Shown here one piece after another: positions 1 through 8,024 of a DNA stretch of 64,000 nucleotides. Within the stretch, counting starts at the first letter, position 1. Every line of letters starts with the position of its first letter. The translations under genes and the position numbers were made by a program. The notes below the pieces were generated by a model. It did not search any database, was not told the DNA's origin, and saw only the letters and a list, made by a program, of their open reading frames with translations. The DNA lies in sequence record ON529852.1; one strand, written 5' to 3'.

Positions 1-115
1 GACGAAACCAGCGCTGGAACCAGGCCCAGTCGAACGTCACGGTTTTGCGGAAAGCTTCGTTGCGCGTGATCCAGGGGCCGAAACGTCGGGCGTTCCAGGG
101 GTCGGGCAGGTGCAT
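1..115 (-). CDS. hypothetical protein, runs off window edge (MHLPDPWNARRFGPW...)
   Basis: ATG at 115 after GAGG; open to window end; read manually. Confidence 0.55.
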   Translation of the reverse strand, partial: MHLPDPWNARRFGPWITRNEAFRKTVTFDWAWFQRWFR

Positions 116-180
116 GACGGGCCTCGTAAACGACTAAGGCCGTCCACCTTAGTCCAGCGGACGGCCTCGTCTAGCCTCGA

Positions 181-669
181 TCACGCAAACTCGAACCGAT
201 CATGACAGGAACCCTGGCAATCCATCGGGGCCAGGTCCGCCAGGACGTCATAGACGGCGCGCACCCTGGGATCGCCTTCGGGTTCCAGCTTGACCCCATA
301 CTTGGCCGCGACGGTGTAGGTGTCGTCGCCGACATCAATCTCCACCGACAGCGCCAGCTTGGTGTAGCGGCCGACGTATTCGCCGCGCGCCTTCTTGGCC
401 TTGTCCCAACGGTCCAGATCAGCGATGACCCGGAACGCCTTGGCCTTCGCCAGGGCCATGCCCATCTGCGCCCAGTCCTCGTCGTCGAACAGGTCCGCCT
501 CGGGCGGCACGAAGGCCTTGAACATCGCCTTGTATTGGTCGAACCGCTTGCGCGCACCGGGGTGGCCGCACATCATGGCGGTCGCCGCCGCCAGACCCAT
601 CGCCTGCATCAGCATCGGCGCGTCGGTGACGTCGAACTCGATCGTTCGCTTGTTGCGGCTGTTGCTCAT
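181..669 (-). CDS. hypothetical protein
   Basis: ORF with GAGGA RBS before ATG 669; phage-like codon usage. Confidence 0.75.
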   Translation of the reverse strand: MSNSRNKRTIEFDVTDAPMLMQAMGLAAATAMMCGHPGARKRFDQYKAMFKAFVPPEADLFDDEDWAQMGMALAKAKAFRVIADLDRWDKAKKARGEYVGRYTKLALSVEIDVGDDTYTVAAKYGVKLEPEGDPRVRAVYDVLADLAPMDCQGSCHDRFEFA

Positions 670-732
670 CGGGTCCTCCTCAAGGTCGTCGCCGAGCATA
701 AAGCACAGCCGACGACCTTTGTAAAGGAATGA

Positions 733-1410
733 TCAGCGACGAAACGCCGGCAGTTGGACATAGCCCGGCGACGAGAACCCGGTTCCGGCCTGCGCCTCCA
801 GCCACTGACGCGCGATCAACTGGTGCGTCGGCCAGCACAGTTCGAAATCGCTGTCGCGGTGCAGCACGGTCCAGTCGTACATCTCGCTGGTGTCTTGCAG
901 CTTGTCGAAATCCTGCTGCGCCAGGGCGGTGTTGTTCTGCACGAAGACGAGCGACTGCGTGCCGCTGGTCGAGGGCAGGTCCCCCAGGGTGATGCAGGAG
1001 CGCGATTTCACTACGGCCAGGTCGACGCCGGTTTCTTCACGGAACTCGCGGCACGCGCCTTCCAGCGAGGTCTCGCCGATTTCCTGGAAACCGCCAGGGA
1101 GGGCGTAGCCGTGCTTGGCGGGCTCGATGCCCCGCTTGGCGACCGCCAGGCCCAGGCCGCCCGAAACGAGGACCGGTTGCAGCAGTAGAAGGACCGGACG
1201 CGGATTTTGCCAGTCGGTGGTGTTGCAGGCGTGGCAGTGAGGATGGGGCTGGGCGCGCTCGACCGCCAGGAAGGCGGCGCCGCAGGAGGAGCAGTGAGGA
1301 GGGTTCATTTGAGCCTTGGCGATGGAGGTGAGGCGGGCGCGCTCGCGGTTGGAGTAGGCGTCGGCGACTTCAATGATCTCGGCGACGATCGCCGCGCTGA
1401 GCAAGGTCAT
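733..1410 (-). CDS. Nudix hydrolase with N-terminal zinc ribbon
   Basis: CSSC..CHAC ribbon; Nudix box GGFQEIGETSLEGACREFREETG. Confidence 0.9.
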   Translation of the reverse strand: MTLLSAAIVAEIIEVADAYSNRERARLTSIAKAQMNPPHCSSCGAAFLAVERAQPHPHCHACNTTDWQNPRPVLLLLQPVLVSGGLGLAVAKRGIEPAKHGYALPGGFQEIGETSLEGACREFREETGVDLAVVKSRSCITLGDLPSTSGTQSLVFVQNNTALAQQDFDKLQDTSEMYDWTVLHRDSDFELCWPTHQLIARQWLEAQAGTGFSSPGYVQLPAFRR

Positions 1411-1721
1411 GGCAGCAGCTTGTAGTCGGAACCGCCGTTGGTGCTGCGGTTGCGGGGCGAGCAGACGGCGCCGCGCACGGGAACGCCGGCGCGCTTGGCG
1501 GTGAAGAAGAATCCTTCACGCTGGGGCGACCAGATGCTTTGCGCCGGGCGCGGCTCGCCCTCCGTGGCGCAGTCGAAGCCGCGCGGCTCCAGACGCACCT
1601 CCGTGAACCCCGCCAGACGGAGGGTCGCCGAGGCGCGGTTGCCGGCGAAGCCGCTTTCAGGCGGCAGGGTGCAGGAGGCCGCCAGCATCAGCAAGGTGGC
1701 GGCGAGGGTCAGTCGAAACAT
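1407..1721 (-). CDS. putative lipoprotein
   Basis: signal peptide ending in lipobox LAASC. Confidence 0.65.
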   Translation of the reverse strand: MFRLTLAATLLMLAASCTLPPESGFAGNRASATLRLAGFTEVRLEPRGFDCATEGEPRPAQSIWSPQREGFFFTAKRAGVPVRGAVCSPRNRSTNGGSDYKLLP

Positions 1722-2446
1722 CAGTCGTCCTTGTTGTTTTTCAGCGCGGCGATGACCCGGTGGGTGATCTTGCGCCGCTCGCCGGCCGTTTCACTCAGGG
1801 CCTCCAGTTCGGCGATCGTTCGCCGTTCCGGCGTGGACAGCCAGTCGTTCAGGTCGACCGGGGCCGGGCTCATGTTGACGAAGGTCGGCGAGGCGCGCAG
1901 GCCCTGGATCAGGCCGTGAACCAGGGGTCGGTTGTGGCTGACCACGACCACGCCGTGGCAGGCGTCGTTCATGCCCCCGTCGGCTTCAGCCGTGCGGGCC
2001 TTGACGCCGATCAGTTCGCCCAGGGCGCGGGCGTAACCGTCCGACAACCCCATCTCGGGCTCATCCAGCATCAGCACGCCGGCGTCGCCCTCGCGCCCGG
2101 CGTTCTTGAAGCCGCTGCGAACCACCCGCGCCGAGGTGGCGCCGGTGGACTGCTCTTCCTCGTCCCCATAGATGAAGGCGCGGCGCATGCGCGCCATTTC
2201 GAAAGACCCGCCTCCGGTCCGCTCGCGGATCGACAGGGTCACGGCCGTGATCTTCTCCTGTTGGAGCGTCCCTGCCAGGATGCGGAAGACCAGGCTCTTG
2301 CCCGAGGCGTTCTCGCCGGTGATCACCACCACGCGGGGGTCGCCGTCATGGAAGCTGCCCTTGAACGGGCAGTCAGGATGTTCGAAGAAGGGCGACTGCT
2401 CGAACAGGTCGCGCGTCATGCGCGGCAGGAGGAAACGATCGCTCAT
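1721..2446 (-). CDS. stand-alone ABC-type ATPase
   Basis: Walker A GENASGKS, Walker B MLDEPE, D-loop-like MGLSD, H-loop SHN. Confidence 0.8.
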   Translation of the reverse strand: MSDRFLLPRMTRDLFEQSPFFEHPDCPFKGSFHDGDPRVVVITGENASGKSLVFRILAGTLQQEKITAVTLSIRERTGGGSFEMARMRRAFIYGDEEEQSTGATSARVVRSGFKNAGREGDAGVLMLDEPEMGLSDGYARALGELIGVKARTAEADGGMNDACHGVVVVSHNRPLVHGLIQGLRASPTFVNMSPAPVDLNDWLSTPERRTIAELEALSETAGERRKITHRVIAALKNNKDD

Positions 2447-2447
2447 G

Positions 2448-2699
2448 TCAGGCCTCGAACTGCGCCGTGCCGAGGTCGATCACGCCCTTGTCGGGGAAGT
2501 CGTCGCGGGCGTAGATCGGCAGGAAGACCGGCGCGCCCTCCATGACGAAGAGCACCGACCCCTTGGACCCTGAGTGGGCCGAAAACACCGTGCGGGCGTG
2601 CGCCAGCGCCAGGCCGGCGTCGGGCGCCCGCACCCGATAGGCCTTGGGGTTCGCCGCCTCGTAGGCTTCGGTCACGATGACGGTAAACAGTTTCAGCAT
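2448..2699 (-). CDS. hypothetical protein
   Basis: GGAGG RBS and promoter upstream. Confidence 0.75.
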   Translation of the reverse strand: MLKLFTVIVTEAYEAANPKAYRVRAPDAGLALAHARTVFSAHSGSKGSVLFVMEGAPVFLPIYARDDFPDKGVIDLGTAQFEA

Positions 2700-2727
2700 G
2701 GGGTCCTCCTTCGTCGTCAGGGGACGC

Positions 2728-2754
2728 TGTAAAGGAATGTTCTGAGGCTGTCAA
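2728..2754 (-). promoter_or_regulatory. class A promoter TTGACA-N11-TTCCTTTACA
   Basis: motif repeated at 10284, 13026, 14070 (and without -35 at 720); 17 bp between -35 and TACA. Confidence 0.8.
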
Positions 2755-3119
2755 TCGGCATTCGCGATCTCGCACAGCCAGTCGCCGTGACAGCGCAGAG
2801 GCGCGCAGGCGCACATCAGGTGACGCCCTTTGAGCCGCTTCTTGACCAGGGCGATGAATTCGGGGTCCTGACTCTTGGCCGCGATGAACTTGTCGATCAC
2901 CGTGTCGCGGTCGCCGTCACGTCCCCGGATGAAGGGATTGCCGAACGGGGTGCCGCGCATGATCGCCGTGGTGCCGGGCGGCCAGTTATGGCGGTCGAAA
3001 TCACGGGCGTTCAGAACCTCTGGCGGTCGCGGATGCGCCGCCTTCAGGTGGGCGCGCAGGTGCGACTTGCCCAGGAACCACTCGTCGCAGTCCGGGCACT
3101 TGTAGGAGGCGCCGCCCAT
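2751..3119 (-). CDS. C2H2 zinc finger fused to DUF4326-like domain
   Basis: YKCPDCDEWFLGKSHLRAHLKAAH; RGTPFGNPF...LMCACAPLRCHGDWL. Confidence 0.8.
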   Translation of the reverse strand: MGGASYKCPDCDEWFLGKSHLRAHLKAAHPRPPEVLNARDFDRHNWPPGTTAIMRGTPFGNPFIRGRDGDRDTVIDKFIAAKSQDPEFIALVKKRLKGRHLMCACAPLRCHGDWLCEIANAD

Positions 3120-3634
3120 CAGCGCTCGGCCTTCGGGTGCGTGTTGGTCAAGGCCCAGCCCTGCTGGAAGGTGGTCAGCCCTTCCAGTTCGGCCTCGGTG
3201 AGCGCCTTGGCCCGGCCGCCGTTGCCCCAGCCGAACCAGGTCTGGAACGGCGCCGCCGGCAGGGCGTGAGCCGCCGCCATGCGGGCGACGGCGGCGCATT
3301 GCTCTGCGTCCGCGCCCCAGGTGGCGAGGTCGATCACGCCGTCATCGCGCGCGCCAAGAAGGATGGCGCCGTGCAACGCGCGTTGATCCGGCGCCAGGGC
3401 GCCATGCCAGCCGCGCATGTAGTCCGCCAGCACGGCGGCGTCTTCCTCATCCAACCCCCGCGCCCGCCAGCCGGTGAAGCCGTCCAGCAGGAGCAGCAGG
3501 CCGATCGCTTTCAAGCGGTGGCGCACCATCAGCGCGTCCATCCGCTCATGGTGCTGCTCTCGCGCTTCCGCCGTGAAGAGGTCGCGGGCGTCGGCCGCTT
3601 TCAGCCGGCTGTCGGGATCGTCTTTGATCGCCAT
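3119..3634 (-). CDS. hypothetical protein
   Basis: ATGA-coupled ORF in operon. Confidence 0.7.
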   Translation of the reverse strand: MAIKDDPDSRLKAADARDLFTAEAREQHHERMDALMVRHRLKAIGLLLLLDGFTGWRARGLDEEDAAVLADYMRGWHGALAPDQRALHGAILLGARDDGVIDLATWGADAEQCAAVARMAAAHALPAAPFQTWFGWGNGGRAKALTEAELEGLTTFQQGWALTNTHPKAER

Positions 3635-4068
3635 CAGGTCTTGTCCAGATCGTAACGCTCGCGATCGGCGGGCGTCAGGATGCGTTCCAGGTCATTCAGC
3701 GGCTTGACCAGGGACTGGGGGCCGCCCTTGACGGCGTCTTCGAACCGCACCGTCGCTTCCTTCGTGTCCTTATCGATGAAGGCGATGCGTCCCTTGCAGT
3801 CGGGATAGACGTGGTGCTGAAACTGGACGCGATCGCCCACCCGCAGGGGGCGCCACTTGACGGCGTGCACCAGATTAGTGCCGATCCGGAGCGGCTCCAA
3901 CGGCTTTTCCCGTTGCTCCGAAAACAGACGCGTGTCGAAGAACGGTCCCACCACGGACAAGGACACGCCGTTGGAATCGAAGTGATTGTTGCTGCGAACG
4001 ACCCGCATGGGCACGAGGATGACGTCGTCTTCTCGCAGATTGTGGGCGTCTTCTTTAGAGAGCGGCAT
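3634..4068 (-). CDS. hypothetical protein, possible KOW/SH3-like folds
   Basis: LRVGDRVQF...KGRIAFID...ATVRF pattern. Confidence 0.65.
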   Translation of the reverse strand: MPLSKEDAHNLREDDVILVPMRVVRSNNHFDSNGVSLSVVGPFFDTRLFSEQREKPLEPLRIGTNLVHAVKWRPLRVGDRVQFQHHVYPDCKGRIAFIDKDTKEATVRFEDAVKGGPQSLVKPLNDLERILTPADRERYDLDKT

Positions 4069-4444
4069 CGGCGCTTCTTTCGGCGATCAGGCGGTAGAGG
4101 GACTGGGGACTGGCGCGCTGAAGCCGTCGGCGGACGTCCCGGTCGGGGTGGGTGCAGGGCGGCCACACGACCAGGAGGTCGCGCCGCAGGGCGAGATAGT
4201 CGGCGGTGGGAAGGCCGTTGGGGCGGCTGACGTTGCACGCCACGCACGCCCCTCGGGTGTTGTGCTCGGCGTAGGTCCCGCCGTCCGACCGCTGCGTCAG
4301 GTGCTCCAGCGTGATCATGTCGGGCGGCTGATAGCCGCCTTCCACGGCGATCAGCCGCATGGGTCCCACGCAGTAGTGGCACCGGCCGTCCTGGGCGTCG
4401 AACATGGCGCGCCGGCGCTTCTGCCGGGCGGACGACCGGCTCAC
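4055..4444 (-). CDS. HNH endonuclease
   Basis: QDGRCHYC, TLEHL..RSDGG, CVACN. Confidence 0.85.
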   Translation of the reverse strand: MSRSSARQKRRRAMFDAQDGRCHYCVGPMRLIAVEGGYQPPDMITLEHLTQRSDGGTYAEHNTRGACVACNVSRPNGLPTADYLALRRDLLVVWPPCTHPDRDVRRRLQRASPQSLYRLIAERSADAAL

Positions 4445-4447
4445 AGG

Positions 4448-5197
4448 CTAGGCCTCCTGGTTGCTCAGGGCGATGACCCGATCAAGACCGATGGCGACCT
4501 CGAACACCGTCAGGCTGTTCTTGGGCGTCGTGCCCAGATAGGGGTCGAACACCGGGAAGTCCGTGCGGCGCGAGGTCGAGGCGACCTCCTTCCACTCGGA
4601 CTGACCGCCGCCGCGCCAGACGCCCTCGATGTCGATCGTCTCGGTGGCGTAGCTGGGCAGGCGATCCGAAGGCACCAGGCGGGTGCGCTCGTTGATGATC
4701 GCCGCGATCTCCTCCTCCAACGCCTCGCGCAGCGCCGTGGCGTAGTCCGCATGGCTGTCGGCGCGGTAGATGCACTGGAATTCCAGTTGATAGAAGGCGT
4801 TGAAGCGCAGTTTCGCCGCCGTGGCGCCGTCGGCGGCCTCGGTGCGGAACGACAGACCGGCCTGCCACACGCACAGCGGCGGCTTGACGCCGGTCGCCTG
4901 GAGCAGGTGTTGCGCATAGAGGTAGGACCCCGGCGTGGTTTCGGCCCGCAGCGCCCAGGTTTCGGCGTTCATCTCGCGGCGCAGCGAGAAGACGTCGTCG
5001 GCGTCATAGGCGTCCGAGAAGCCGGCGAGCGGCATGATGACCGGCGCCTCGACCCGTTCCAGGCGCCAGGACTGGTTCAGGTCCAGCAAGGTGCGTTCGA
5101 CGCATCCCTTCAGTCGACCGATCGCCTGTTCGCGCTGCTGAATTTCCTTTTCGCTCCAGAATCGCAGACCTGCGATCGGATATAGCGCGCGACTCAT
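4448..5197 (-). CDS. minimal class II aminoacyl-tRNA synthetase-like protein (catalytic core only)
   Basis: LRAETT, motif 2 FRTE...RFNAFYQLEFQ, motif 3 EVAIGLDR; no anticodon-binding domain. Confidence 0.8.
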   Translation of the reverse strand: MSRALYPIAGLRFWSEKEIQQREQAIGRLKGCVERTLLDLNQSWRLERVEAPVIMPLAGFSDAYDADDVFSLRREMNAETWALRAETTPGSYLYAQHLLQATGVKPPLCVWQAGLSFRTEAADGATAAKLRFNAFYQLEFQCIYRADSHADYATALREALEEEIAAIINERTRLVPSDRLPSYATETIDIEGVWRGGGQSEWKEVASTSRRTDFPVFDPYLGTTPKNSLTVFEVAIGLDRVIALSNQEA

Positions 5198-5227
5198 GTC
5201 GGGCTCCTTCGTTTGACGTTGGCGGTG

Positions 5228-5257
5228 ACAGTAGCCGTCAGGATTGTTGACTGTCAA
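5228..5257 (-). promoter_or_regulatory. promoter with TCCTGAC spacer motif
   Basis: TTGACA-N18-TACTGT containing ATCCTGAC; similar at 34389 and 35970. Confidence 0.65.
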
Positions 5258-5277
5258 GGCTTAGAGGGCGCCTGGCC

Positions 5278-5823
5278 CTACGACCAACGGGTCACCCGCA
5301 CGTATTCGCGGGCCTGCGCGGGATCGCGTCCGGCCTTCAACCAGTCCTTCAGGATAAAGTCGGGCCGCAGCATCGGCCACTCCCGCGCCAGCCCCGCGAC
5401 GGCGCCGTCGTCGAACGCCGCCTGATCCATGGCGATGTAGCTGACGGGCAGGTGAAGGGATCGCGCCAGGTCGATCTCGCCGCGCACGCCCTCCGAGGCC
5501 AGGACCCCTGGCATGTCGATGACGCAGATCGCATCGCACCGGGCCAGCAGCCGGCGGGAATAGTGCTGCCAGAACTCCCAGTTGCCGGGGATTTTATGCT
5601 TGCCGAGGATGGCGTGGTTCATCAGAGGCGACACCGGGAAGGTGTCGCCGGCCGTCAGCATGTCGGCGATCGTCTTGTCGAAGGCGCTCATCCGCGCGGC
5701 GATAATCACCGGGTCGGGGTCGCTGTAGGGCGCCGCGACATAGACGAGGGAGGCGCTTGGCGACGGCTTGGCGAAGTAGGGGTCGGCGATCTCTTCAGGC
5801 GTGGGGTATTGGATGTCGGTCAT
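5278..5823 (-). CDS. DUF1937-like protein (nucleoside deoxyribosyltransferase-like fold)
   Basis: VYVAAPYSD, SPLMNH, LLARCD, SEGVRGEI. Confidence 0.75.
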   Translation of the reverse strand: MTDIQYPTPEEIADPYFAKPSPSASLVYVAAPYSDPDPVIIAARMSAFDKTIADMLTAGDTFPVSPLMNHAILGKHKIPGNWEFWQHYSRRLLARCDAICVIDMPGVLASEGVRGEIDLARSLHLPVSYIAMDQAAFDDGAVAGLAREWPMLRPDFILKDWLKAGRDPAQAREYVRVTRWS

Positions 5824-6371
5824 GCTTCTTCAGGCTCCGGCCATACGATTTCATTGTGCATGACCTTGTCAAATTCATCCCAGGCCGCCTCGGGCGAGGC
5901 GTGCAGGGTGGGCGACCAATCGCCGCCGGCGTGGACCCGGTATCCCCCGTCTTCCGCCAGAACGGCCCAGCCGGTCCGGTTCAGAGCCGGCATCGCCTGG
6001 GAGCGATCCACCAGCCGCGAGTGCACGATCCCCTCGGGATTGAGGGCGGGGTCGTAATAGTTCCCGGCGAGGATGGCGCGGATGCGGTCGTCCGGTTTCA
6101 GCGGCTCACCGCGATCCAGCCGGCGCAGGACGGCGCTGTCATGCTGCTGTTGCGAGAGCGGCGGCAGGGGCGTTTGTGTGATGGCGCCGATGCGTGCGAT
6201 CCGCGCCTTTCCGATCGGGCGATCCAAGATCGTCTTTTCACAAAAATCATCCGCCAGGACCTGGGCGCGATAGGCGTCGGCGCTGGCGCAGTCGATCTCG
6301 ACGATGTGTTCGGTGGTGACGAAAATACGGGCCTTGAAGGACCGAGGTCTGTCGAGAATGTCGTCGTACAT
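5820..6371 (-). CDS. hypothetical protein
   Basis: ORF with own promoter and GGAGG. Confidence 0.7.
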   Translation of the reverse strand: MYDDILDRPRSFKARIFVTTEHIVEIDCASADAYRAQVLADDFCEKTILDRPIGKARIARIGAITQTPLPPLSQQQHDSAVLRRLDRGEPLKPDDRIRAILAGNYYDPALNPEGIVHSRLVDRSQAMPALNRTGWAVLAEDGGYRVHAGGDWSPTLHASPEAAWDEFDKVMHNEIVWPEPEEA

Positions 6372-6403
6372 GAAAAAGGCCGCCTCCCTTGCAGGAGGCG
6401 ACC
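6372..6403 (-). terminator. intrinsic terminator-like hairpin containing the RBS of the next gene
   Basis: GGTCGCCTCC/GGAGGCGGCC stem, TTTTT, then CATG; promoter TTGACA 6431-6426. Confidence 0.6.
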
Positions 6404-6445
6404 TCTATCAAGCCGCATTGACGTCTGTCAACGCTCGAAAGCTGA

Positions 6446-6685
6446 TTACGTCTGCGACGCCGTCGTGGTTTCGGCGCCCTGTTGCGCGGCGCCGAAGGTG
6501 ACGCGGTCGCCGTCCTGGACCATGGAGATGCCCTCGACGCCGATGGCCTGTTCCTGCTGCTCGCCGACCGGTTCCGCCTGCCCGATCTGACCCAGCGACA
6601 GCTTCGTGTCGTCCGGGAGGGCCTGAAGGCCCTGCTTGAGGTCGCCCACCGTCTTGAAAGTCGTCATGCCTTGGTCTTGCGCCAT
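6446..6685 (-). CDS. hypothetical protein (MAQDQGMTTFKTV...)
   Basis: C-terminal part of listed ORF 6446..7441; AAGGA RBS before ATG 6685. Confidence 0.7.
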   Translation of the reverse strand: MAQDQGMTTFKTVGDLKQGLQALPDDTKLSLGQIGQAEPVGEQQEQAIGVEGISMVQDGDRVTFGAAQQGAETTTASQT

Positions 6686-6708
6686 GGTGTGGTCCTTACG
6701 TCTAGGGG

Positions 6709-7956
6709 TTAGGCCGCGACCTGCTCCTCGGAGAGGCCCAGCAACCTGTTTTGGACCTCGGCGGGCGACAGAGGCAACTCGCTTTCGATGCTGCTCACGA
6801 AGGTGTGAGCGCAGCCCTCGGGGAAGAAGGTCTCGTACATCGTCGTCACCTCTTCGGCGCCGATGTGATCCAGGACGTAGCGACGGTCGATGCGGCCAGG
6901 CCGCATCAGGGCGGCGTCCAGGGTATCGGCGTGGTTGGAGGTGATGAAGAGCACCCGGCCGTCGCGCGCGCCGATGCCGTCGATCGCGTTCAGGATGCCT
7001 GACAGAGTGATGCCGCTCTTGGCCGCCTCGCCGCCGCTGTGCAGTTGGATCGGCGCTTCCTCGCTCGTTTGGCTGGAGGAACGCTCGCCGGCGGCCTTGA
7101 CCGCATCGAAGTCCTCGACGACGACGAAGTTGGAGCCCGCCTGATTGATGGCCCGCTGTAGCTGGTTGTCGTTGTCCAGGGTCGCGGGATTGATGATGTA
7201 GACGGGCTTGGAGAAGTAGGAGGCCAGGGCGAAGATGAAGGTGGTCTTGCCGGTGCCGGGCGGCCCCTCGAACGAAAACCCGCGACGATAGGGAATGCCG
7301 CGCAGGGCGTACCACATACGACGCGCCAGGAAACGGGCGATGTCGGCGATGACGGCGGACTTGATCGCGGGGTCGAGGTAGACGGTGTCCATCGACCGTT
7401 TCGGGCGACGTTCGATCAGGCTGTAGTCGTGGCCCGCCCACAGATAGACCGGAATGGTGTTCTTGTCCTCTTCGACGGACTTGATCGACTCCAGCAGAAG
7501 ACGCAGGACGTCATGGTTTCGACCTGGCGTGGTGATGGTGATCGACTGCTTGCGCCGCTTGGCCGCCGAGTAGGCGTCGGCCTCATCACCCTTGTCTTCG
7601 ATATGGCGGTGCACGAACCAGAACCGCATGCCGTTGCGCAGCAGATGGAATCCGGCGCCGGGCGACAGGTTGAAGTCTTCCTTGTCGTTGGCCCGGTCGT
7701 ACCAGGCCGCGACGCCGAAACGACGCGAATGCTTGGCGTCGGGGTGCTTGGACAGCCACAGGTCGACGAAGCGGAAAACGGTGTCTTCGGAATAGACCGT
7801 CAGGGTGGTGGTGAACTGGGCCTTGATGAAGCCCAGAAGCTTCAGCGGCACCGACTTGGCCTGCATCAGGACCCAGCCGGTGATCGCCAGGGTCAATCCG
7901 CCGCCCACCAGCGGATTGCTGCTCAAAAACGTCGTGATAGACTCGAACATGGGCAC
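6709..7956 (-). CDS. BCS1-like AAA+ ATPase with N-terminal membrane anchor
   Basis: TM LVGGGLTLAITGWVLM; GPPGTGKT; VVEDFD; TSNH; ALMRPGRID. Confidence 0.85.
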   Translation of the reverse strand: MPMFESITTFLSSNPLVGGGLTLAITGWVLMQAKSVPLKLLGFIKAQFTTTLTVYSEDTVFRFVDLWLSKHPDAKHSRRFGVAAWYDRANDKEDFNLSPGAGFHLLRNGMRFWFVHRHIEDKGDEADAYSAAKRRKQSITITTPGRNHDVLRLLLESIKSVEEDKNTIPVYLWAGHDYSLIERRPKRSMDTVYLDPAIKSAVIADIARFLARRMWYALRGIPYRRGFSFEGPPGTGKTTFIFALASYFSKPVYIINPATLDNDNQLQRAINQAGSNFVVVEDFDAVKAAGERSSSQTSEEAPIQLHSGGEAAKSGITLSGILNAIDGIGARDGRVLFITSNHADTLDAALMRPGRIDRRYVLDHIGAEEVTTMYETFFPEGCAHTFVSSIESELPLSPAEVQNRLLGLSEEQVAA

Positions 7957-7983
7957 TCGGGGAAGATGAGGGATCGTCCGCGA

Positions 7984-8023
7984 GTGTTAATGTGACTGGC
8001 ACAGAGTGTCAAGTTTTACGGCA
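7984..8023 (-). promoter_or_regulatory. class B promoter TGCCGT-N5-TTGACA-N17-TAACAC
   Basis: one of five copies of TGCCGTMAWWMTTGACR. Confidence 0.75.
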
Positions 8024-8024
8024 C

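Noticed and set aside
720-746. Full class A promoter at 720
   Set aside because: TTCCTTTACA is present but the expected -35 position reads CGTTTC; kept only as a partial site
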